Positions 25,440 through 31,150 of a stretch of DNA of 31,150 nucleotides are shown piece by piece. Position 1 is the first letter of the stretch; each line of letters starts with the position of its first letter. The DNA comes from a virus (taxonomy: Duplodnaviria > Heunggongvirae > Uroviricota > Caudoviricetes > Crassvirales): the IMG/VR virus record IMGVR_UViG_2974731182_000001. One strand, 5' to 3'. The notes under the pieces are model-generated. The model had not been told where the DNA came from and ran no database searches. It saw nothing but the letters and a program-made list of their open reading frames with translations. The translations under genes were made by a program, and so were the position numbers.

Positions 25440-27841
25440 TTATTAGAGTTAGTATTTTTATTCTTCTTTAAAGACTTTTCTTTTATTCTTACATCATCTG
25501 AATGCTTCTCTCTCTCAAAGGAAAGTTTCTCCTTTTCTAATCTCATTTTCTCATCGAACTCCCTAATTTTTTCTCTTAAATTAGCTCTATCTTCATTAGT
25601 CTCAGGTTCACTTATTCCATCTTCCTTACTACTAGCCTGTATCTGAGCTACAATGATTTTAGTTTCATTATCTCTTATATTAGCTTGCTCTTTCTGCTGC
25701 ATCTCAGCTAATCTTTGTTCATTCTCTAACTGAACTATTTGCTGTTGTGCTTGCATTTGTTGCTGTTGAGCTTGCGCATTTCTTGCTTGTATAGCTTGCT
25801 CATCTTTCTCTACTAATCTCTGCTTTTCAGCTAAAGAACTAGAGTTATATAATCTCATAATTGTAGAGAATGACAATGTTTGATTCTGTAAAGCAGCTTG
25901 TGCTAGCATATCTAGTTTCTGTGCTAATTCTTGAGTACCTTGGCTATTGTCAACAACTAAACCATAGTCAGCTTCTGCGAATTCATCTCCATCTATATCC
26001 ATAATCCTCATAGAATTATCTGATAAAATATATTGGAACTTTTTACTTCTACCCTTAAAAGCTATTTTAGCCGTTTCCAGAAAGCACTCTAATACCCGTC
26101 TCTTTACATCATCATGTATAACAAATAACCATTCAGTTATATGGGAAGACTGTAAAGTAGCTCTCTCAACTCCTCCTACTGTTTCCCTATTACTTATTTG
26201 TCCTTCTCTTTGTCTAGTAATTCCAACCACTTCAGACATTTCCATTTTAATAAATTCAAGAAGGTTAATCTGTGATTGAATAGAATTCCCAAACTCAGCA
26301 TCTATTACTCCAGAAGAGGAATTATTAAGAGCTCCTGCAAGTTTTCCACTAGCTGCTCCTATATTACCTTCTTTGAAGCTATCTTCAACTGCTATACCAT
26401 TAACTTTGGCATAATACATCCATTTTTCTATATCCCATTTCTTCGGAATTTTGGCGAGATCTAATCTTAATAGTTTTCCCCAGTTTCTAGCCATTATCTT
26501 ATTCAGTCTATCATGAATAACATCATAGAAATAATTATATCTCTTCATCATATCGACTAAAGAAAATGGCCTACTATCATTAAGATTATATATACTTCCT
26601 ATAATACCGAAATGACATCTAGATGAATTAGATAATCTATTATATTGTACTACTCTAGGTCTCATATTTACATAAATATCAGTTCCTATCTTAGTACCTT
26701 CCCAAGCTTCGTTTATGTAAAATATTTGCTCCTCCTCTCCATTATCCTTATCTATAATGTAAGTTTCAGGAAAGAAATTATAAACTTCTTCCCCAGTCTC
26801 TGGATCATAGGATTTAACCTTCTTTATTCTCCTTCTAGATTTCCAATACATTCTTAGCACTTTAATATTGCCTGCTAGATCGTAAGGGAGTAAAGAATTT
26901 GAGATAGAATCTGAGAATAGATTAAAGGGGTCAAAATAGAACCCATCTGTACTTATCTCTTCTCCTACCATATGGTTATTTACATATCCAAATCTTTCAT
27001 CTATATTATCCATTGAGTCAATAGATGCTTGACCAATATGGTCAGGGATATTCTCTATATATTCAATATCTTTTTTACTTAAGACATCATGATATGTATC
27101 TATAACTCTACCAGGGCTCCAATAATCCTCTATTATAATTATATCAGCATCTTCTATTTTATTAGAATAACCTGATTTGAATATTCTAACCTTTAAAGGA
27201 TTAAGTCTTTCTATTACAGGCTCTCCCCCAACAATATCACATTGATATATTTCTTCACCTACAGTGACTGCATCCATGAAGCCATTATTGAATAATAATG
27301 GGATATTATATTCTTTAACATAGTGATTAAGAATAGCATTCCCCCTTATCTCCCGCATGTCTTGCCACTCATAGGTATAATAATCATTAAGTTTTTCTAA
27401 TTCTTGGTTAAATTCTTCCTCAGATTTAGATGTATCAGCCATTAGTTTCTGTAGGTTCTGTAATAGCTCTTCCTTCTTATTATTCTCTATTTCAGAGATA
27501 GCATTTGGATTAGTTACAATTACTCTATAATCAAAGACTCTTCTAGATTCTTCACCTCTTAACACATTTAATTTGCTATTCATAATAGGATAATGCTGAA
27601 TCCTATCTGGAACAAATCCAGCCTTTATACTATCAGGGTTCAACATTAATTCTATATCTGACATATGAAGTTTTCCATTCAAAAGGTCATAATTGATCTT
27701 TTTATGAATTACAGATTTTCTTACAAGACTATAGTTGAAGAAAGTTTTAGAGTCAGCCCAATCAAGATGTGCCTTTCTCCACTTCTTATTCTTCTTGGAG
27801 AATGGTAATTGCTGTGGAGGTAAATTTATTAATTCAGACAT
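25436..27841 (-). CDS. Portal protein
   Basis: 801 aa; LPPQQLPFSKKNKKW, IQHYPIMNSKLNVLRGEE, GITRQREGQISNRETVGGVERA; follows TerL. Confidence 0.9.
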   Translation of the reverse strand: MSELINLPPQQLPFSKKNKKWRKAHLDWADSKTFFNYSLVRKSVIHKKINYDLLNGKLHMSDIELMLNPDSIKAGFVPDRIQHYPIMNSKLNVLRGEESRRVFDYRVIVTNPNAISEIENNKKEELLQNLQKLMADTSKSEEEFNQELEKLNDYYTYEWQDMREIRGNAILNHYVKEYNIPLLFNNGFMDAVTVGEEIYQCDIVGGEPVIERLNPLKVRIFKSGYSNKIEDADIIIIEDYWSPGRVIDTYHDVLSKKDIEYIENIPDHIGQASIDSMDNIDERFGYVNNHMVGEEISTDGFYFDPFNLFSDSISNSLLPYDLAGNIKVLRMYWKSRRRIKKVKSYDPETGEEVYNFFPETYIIDKDNGEEEQIFYINEAWEGTKIGTDIYVNMRPRVVQYNRLSNSSRCHFGIIGSIYNLNDSRPFSLVDMMKRYNYFYDVIHDRLNKIMARNWGKLLRLDLAKIPKKWDIEKWMYYAKVNGIAVEDSFKEGNIGAASGKLAGALNNSSSGVIDAEFGNSIQSQINLLEFIKMEMSEVVGITRQREGQISNRETVGGVERATLQSSHITEWLFVIHDDVKRRVLECFLETAKIAFKGRSKKFQYILSDNSMRIMDIDGDEFAEADYGLVVDNSQGTQELAQKLDMLAQAALQNQTLSFSTIMRLYNSSSLAEKQRLVEKDEQAIQARNAQAQQQQMQAQQQIVQLENEQRLAEMQQKEQANIRDNETKIIVAQIQASSKEDGISEPETNEDRANLREKIREFDEKMRLEKEKLSFEREKHSDDVRIKEKSLKKNKNTNSNK

Positions 27842-27863
27842 ATTTGATTCATTTTATTCTTTA

Positions 27864-27895
27864 CAAAGTTACGTGAAACTGCTTTCTAAAACAAT
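27864..27895 (-). promoter_or_regulatory. Bacteroidota-type promoter for the portal operon (ATTG-N20-TAACTTTG)
   Basis: Minus strand reads ATTG ttttagaaagcagtttcacg TAACTTTG. Confidence 0.6.
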
Positions 27896-27929
27896 AATAT
27901 AAGTAGTTTATTAATTCCTAACATTCTTT

Positions 27930-30188
27930 TTAGCTAAATTTACTGCCAAATCTAAGATCGTAGTTATTTCTAAAGTAGGGATCATTACTTAAATCGTCCT
28001 CATCATATTTTTCTCTAGACTCAGCATTCATATTATCACCATATCTTATAATATATTCTTGTCTATATATCATAACCATTCCCATAGCTCTTATTCTATC
28101 TACATTGATTTCAGGATTAAATTGTATAGCCTCTTCTATTAAAGCTCTTGTTTTTAAAGTATGTATTACAGGAACACTTACTTGATCATAAGTTCCATCT
28201 TCTTTTTCTATTGATATCTGAACTAATTTATTAAACCAATCTCTTAATAAAGAATTAGCATAATTATTAATAGCAGAACTGGCATTTACTCCATATGCAT
28301 TAGATCCAACATTACTGTACTTTATAAGTTGTTTGTCTCTAAGATACTCTGGAGTTTCAGCTAAAAGATGAACACTTCTTTTAACTTTAAAATATGCATA
28401 TATTCCTTTCTTATTACTCTCATACAAACATCTTGCATTATAGAACAAACATAATAATCTTGTTATCTCAAAATTATCATCAGCAAAAGGATTTCTTCCA
28501 GTAAACTCAGCTACTATGGTATCAGTAAATAAATCGAATACAAAGCATGAGTATAATGAAGAGGATTCAGCTACATCATTATCAACAGGGTCTACTCCTA
28601 TAATATACCTGTTATTGAATACTTTACCAGATTTGTCCTTTTCAGGCATAGCATATATCTCCAATGCTCCCTTAGTATCATTATCAACTGGATAACTCCG
28701 TATAGGAGTACTATCAGTTGGTCTGAATTTTACTTCTCCTTCTCCATCAATATATAATTCCCCAACATATATATCATTATATAGGCTAGGATTTTTATCC
28801 AATTGAGAAGCTCTCTCATTAAGAGCTTGTACATTAAAATAAGCATCTTTTACCTTTATAATAGCTTCTGCAGGAGTAATAGGATCTTCTGCTATTACTC
28901 TTAATACTGAGGTTGGATCAGCCCCATATTTTGCTTTATATCTATTATTCAATATTTGTAATAGGGCCATTACTACATCCGATATTCCATCTTCATTAAA
29001 GCATCCTGCTCTATTTAAGTAAGCTGGAAAGAAATATGCGAAGTAATCTTTTCCTTGACCTTTCTTATCATATACATTTTTTACTTCTTTTATATTATAA
29101 GAACTGGGGGCATATAATAAAGTTTTAGCAGACTGGAAATTAGATTCTTTATTGTTGGCTGTACCCACAAGATACATTAGAGAGAAAGTAAAATCACCAT
29201 CTTCTACTGATTTTCTAGTAACATCGTAAAGCTCCAGTAGTCCACTAAAGTTACCAAACTCTTCAAATAATATCCAACCTCTCTTTCCTCTTAACTTATC
29301 AGAGTCATCTTTAGCAGATACCCCCATAACCATATTTAGTGACCCTTGAAGTTTCCCATACTCATCCTTATATCCCATTTGCCAGGTCATCTCATTAGAT
29401 GACTGTTTAATCATTAGTCTAGGAAATGGAGTGTATTTTGACAAGTGAGATAAAGTGGGAACAAACTTACTTAAAGTTCCATCCTTATCATCTCTAAGAT
29501 ACTCCTTTTGGTATGCTGTGAGAACTGTAATATTTCTTCTTTGAGTTTCCACAGACTCCCCTATTATCAAATTTTTTGACATTATAGATGCCAATGAGTA
29601 ACTTTTACTACAACCTCTCTTAGCAAGCTCTGCAGCATGATGGCCTTCTTCTCTGGCGTCATTAAGGTATAGATACCGTAGCCAAATTCCTTCAAAGAAT
29701 AGCCCGAATCCCTCCTTTCTTATAGCTTTCTTTTTGCCCTTCTGATATTCATTTATCATCATTGGACAATAATTGAGGAACCAATATAAATATCCTGGAA
29801 TCCACATTCCATCAGATTCCCTTAGAAGACCATTATAGCATCTATCTATTTCTCTATCCCAGAATCTTCTATACTCACTATTAGGATTAGGATTAGGTAT
29901 AAGTTTTGTATATACCCCTTCTTTTAGAAAATACAATGCAGATTGCCTGAAATAATCTGCATCTTTATATATTGGTGGGTTAGTTATATCTATAATAGCT
30001 CTATTATACTTATCTCTGGGTAAATCTTCTATTTTTGGTCTAGAAGGAGAAATAAGATTCTGAATAAAAGGAACTGTAGAAATGAAGTCCATAAATTGCT
30101 CTACCACTTCATCTGGATATTTAGATAAAAGTTCTCTGGTTATAGGAGTTTGATATTCATTAGTTTGTATTAATACTTCTTCATCCAT
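27930..30188 (-). CDS. terL: Terminase large subunit
   Basis: Walker A-like AKRGCSKS, Walker B ILFEEFG, coupling motif LVGTA, RNase H nuclease YIIGVDPVD...LYESN...DRIRAMG. Confidence 0.92.
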   Translation of the reverse strand: MDEEVLIQTNEYQTPITRELLSKYPDEVVEQFMDFISTVPFIQNLISPSRPKIEDLPRDKYNRAIIDITNPPIYKDADYFRQSALYFLKEGVYTKLIPNPNPNSEYRRFWDREIDRCYNGLLRESDGMWIPGYLYWFLNYCPMMINEYQKGKKKAIRKEGFGLFFEGIWLRYLYLNDAREEGHHAAELAKRGCSKSYSLASIMSKNLIIGESVETQRRNITVLTAYQKEYLRDDKDGTLSKFVPTLSHLSKYTPFPRLMIKQSSNEMTWQMGYKDEYGKLQGSLNMVMGVSAKDDSDKLRGKRGWILFEEFGNFSGLLELYDVTRKSVEDGDFTFSLMYLVGTANNKESNFQSAKTLLYAPSSYNIKEVKNVYDKKGQGKDYFAYFFPAYLNRAGCFNEDGISDVVMALLQILNNRYKAKYGADPTSVLRVIAEDPITPAEAIIKVKDAYFNVQALNERASQLDKNPSLYNDIYVGELYIDGEGEVKFRPTDSTPIRSYPVDNDTKGALEIYAMPEKDKSGKVFNNRYIIGVDPVDNDVAESSSLYSCFVFDLFTDTIVAEFTGRNPFADDNFEITRLLCLFYNARCLYESNKKGIYAYFKVKRSVHLLAETPEYLRDKQLIKYSNVGSNAYGVNASSAINNYANSLLRDWFNKLVQISIEKEDGTYDQVSVPVIHTLKTRALIEEAIQFNPEINVDRIRAMGMVMIYRQEYIIRYGDNMNAESREKYDEDDLSNDPYFRNNYDLRFGSKFS

Positions 30189-30199
30189 AATAAAATATG

Positions 30200-30739
30200 C
30201 TACAGTATAAGATCTTCATACATGGATTTTTCTACACTACCTCTTACTCTATCATTTGAAGCAATTTCCTTAGTAATTGCCTTTTCAGCTTCATCCAAAT
30301 CTTTTACTAGAGAAGGTATTTGCTTTATTATACTTCCTACATCTTTTGTTTCTTTCACATCCAGATCAGCCATAGTAGCTGTTAAAGCTCTTAACTTGCT
30401 TCTGTATCCATTAATCATAGCTCTAGTATCATCTAATAACAGAGCTGATATCGGTTTGAATTTAGCATAATAATCTATAGCTTCTTGTAAATCTTTATCT
30501 ATCTTCCAAGTGTCAGAAACTCCTATACCTTCTAATATCTTTTTATGTCTCTCCTCTTCATCAGTATATATTTGAAAATCAGATCTAGGATCTACAAAAA
30601 AATATATATACCCTAACTCCTGTAAAAATTTACTTTTATCTTTGGTTTTATCTCTCTGATGAAGCTTCTTAAAGACTTTTATGGTAAGTAACTCCGGTTC
30701 AAATGTCAATTTAAATCCTTCATATTTTAATAACCTCAT
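30200..30739 (-). CDS. Conserved protein upstream of TerL (possible terminase small subunit)
   Basis: 179 aa helical protein directly upstream of terL. Confidence 0.45.
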   Translation of the reverse strand: MRLLKYEGFKLTFEPELLTIKVFKKLHQRDKTKDKSKFLQELGYIYFFVDPRSDFQIYTDEEERHKKILEGIGVSDTWKIDKDLQEAIDYYAKFKPISALLLDDTRAMINGYRSKLRALTATMADLDVKETKDVGSIIKQIPSLVKDLDEAEKAITKEIASNDRVRGSVEKSMYEDLIL

Positions 30740-31077
30740 AGACTTCCTCCCTTATAATTACCATTTACTATTTGATTGTAATCCTCAGTTCTTATAAATC
30801 TAAAAAGAGCTTCTAATAAAGAATTACATAATCTCTTATTTATTCCCTCTTCTTGATCTTTCAGAACTTTTTCTGTAAGAGAAACTATGACAATTTTATA
30901 TTTAGAATCATTGTCAATGAGCCACACTATCCATTCATACTTCTTATATGATTTAAATGTCGAATTAGGCTCTACAATTCTTTGCAAAACCAGATGGCTG
31001 TTAACAGAGATCCCTTGTTCATTTCTTTCTAGACGTATGTACCTATTCAAAGACTCTATAATATCTTCTATACTCAT
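30736..31077 (-). CDS. Hypothetical protein
   Basis: 113 aa ORF with a 4-nt overlap with the next gene. Confidence 0.55.
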   Translation of the reverse strand: MSIEDIIESLNRYIRLERNEQGISVNSHLVLQRIVEPNSTFKSYKKYEWIVWLIDNDSKYKIVIVSLTEKVLKDQEEGINKRLCNSLLEALFRFIRTEDYNQIVNGNYKGGSL

Positions 31078-31095
31078 AAATAAAGAAAATTAAAG

Positions 31096-31142
31096 AAAAA
31101 AAAAAAATAAAAGAAAGGCCAGCCAACTAACTGACTGGCCTT
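31096..31142 (-). terminator. Rho-independent terminator of an upstream, off-window gene
   Basis: AAGGCCAGTC...GGCTGGCCTT stem followed by a long T-tract on the minus strand. Confidence 0.7.
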
Positions 31143-31150
31143 CCTGAATT

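Noticed and set aside
25436-30188. Inteins or introns in TerL or the portal gene
   Set aside because: Both ORFs are continuous and of ordinary length, with no intein splice motifs or group I core sequences seen.
1081-31093. All plus-strand ORFs in the track, plus the short minus-strand ORFs 20758..20967, 20840..21046 and 21074..21289 if read as separate genes
   Set aside because: They overlap long, motif-bearing minus-strand genes, have atypical composition, and have no recognisable motifs or plus-strand expression signals. I treat them as shadow ORFs.
1-31150. Stop-codon reassignment (TAG or TGA), known in some crAss lineages
   Set aside because: Long genes (TerL, portal, muzzle) are open under code 11, and TAG ends the scaffold and auxiliary capsid genes at plausible positions.
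1-31150. tRNA or rRNA genes
   Set aside because: I recognised no cloverleaf or T-loop/D-loop signature in the intergenic gaps. A tRNAscan-SE run would confirm this.

Overview
This window is the virion-morphogenesis (late) module of a crAss-like bacteriophage (Crassvirales). It closely resembles the PhiCrAss001/Steigviridae gene order as I recall it, and the host is probably a Bacteroidota. All credible genes are on the minus strand, in the standard genetic code. Reading right to left: TerL, portal, head/tail fibre and receptor-binding genes, lysis genes, a small accessory block, scaffold, major capsid protein (MCP), ring, auxiliary capsid and hub proteins, an IHF-like protein, and a muzzle/tail-stabilisation gene that runs off the left edge and is missing from the ORF track. 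Main results: (1) The MCP is split into four exons by three group I introns whose P1/P10 pairings can be read directly. Splicing gives one 504-aa frame. One intron has no endonuclease gene, one carries a GIY-YIG and one an HNH endonuclease. (2) A fourth group I intron in an accessory gene is decapitated: only its 5' half remains, and its GIY-YIG gene is fused in frame to an unrelated C-terminus. (3) A 25-nt hairpin tandem repeat sets the reading frame of an HTH gene's C-terminus. (4) Two unannotated, very basic micropeptides follow the lysin gene. (5) A GC-rich LRR receptor-binding cassette looks horizontally acquired. (6) Four TTG-N20-TAnnTTTG Bacteroidota-type promoters are present. Protein family names come from recall of motifs and synteny; no database search was run.
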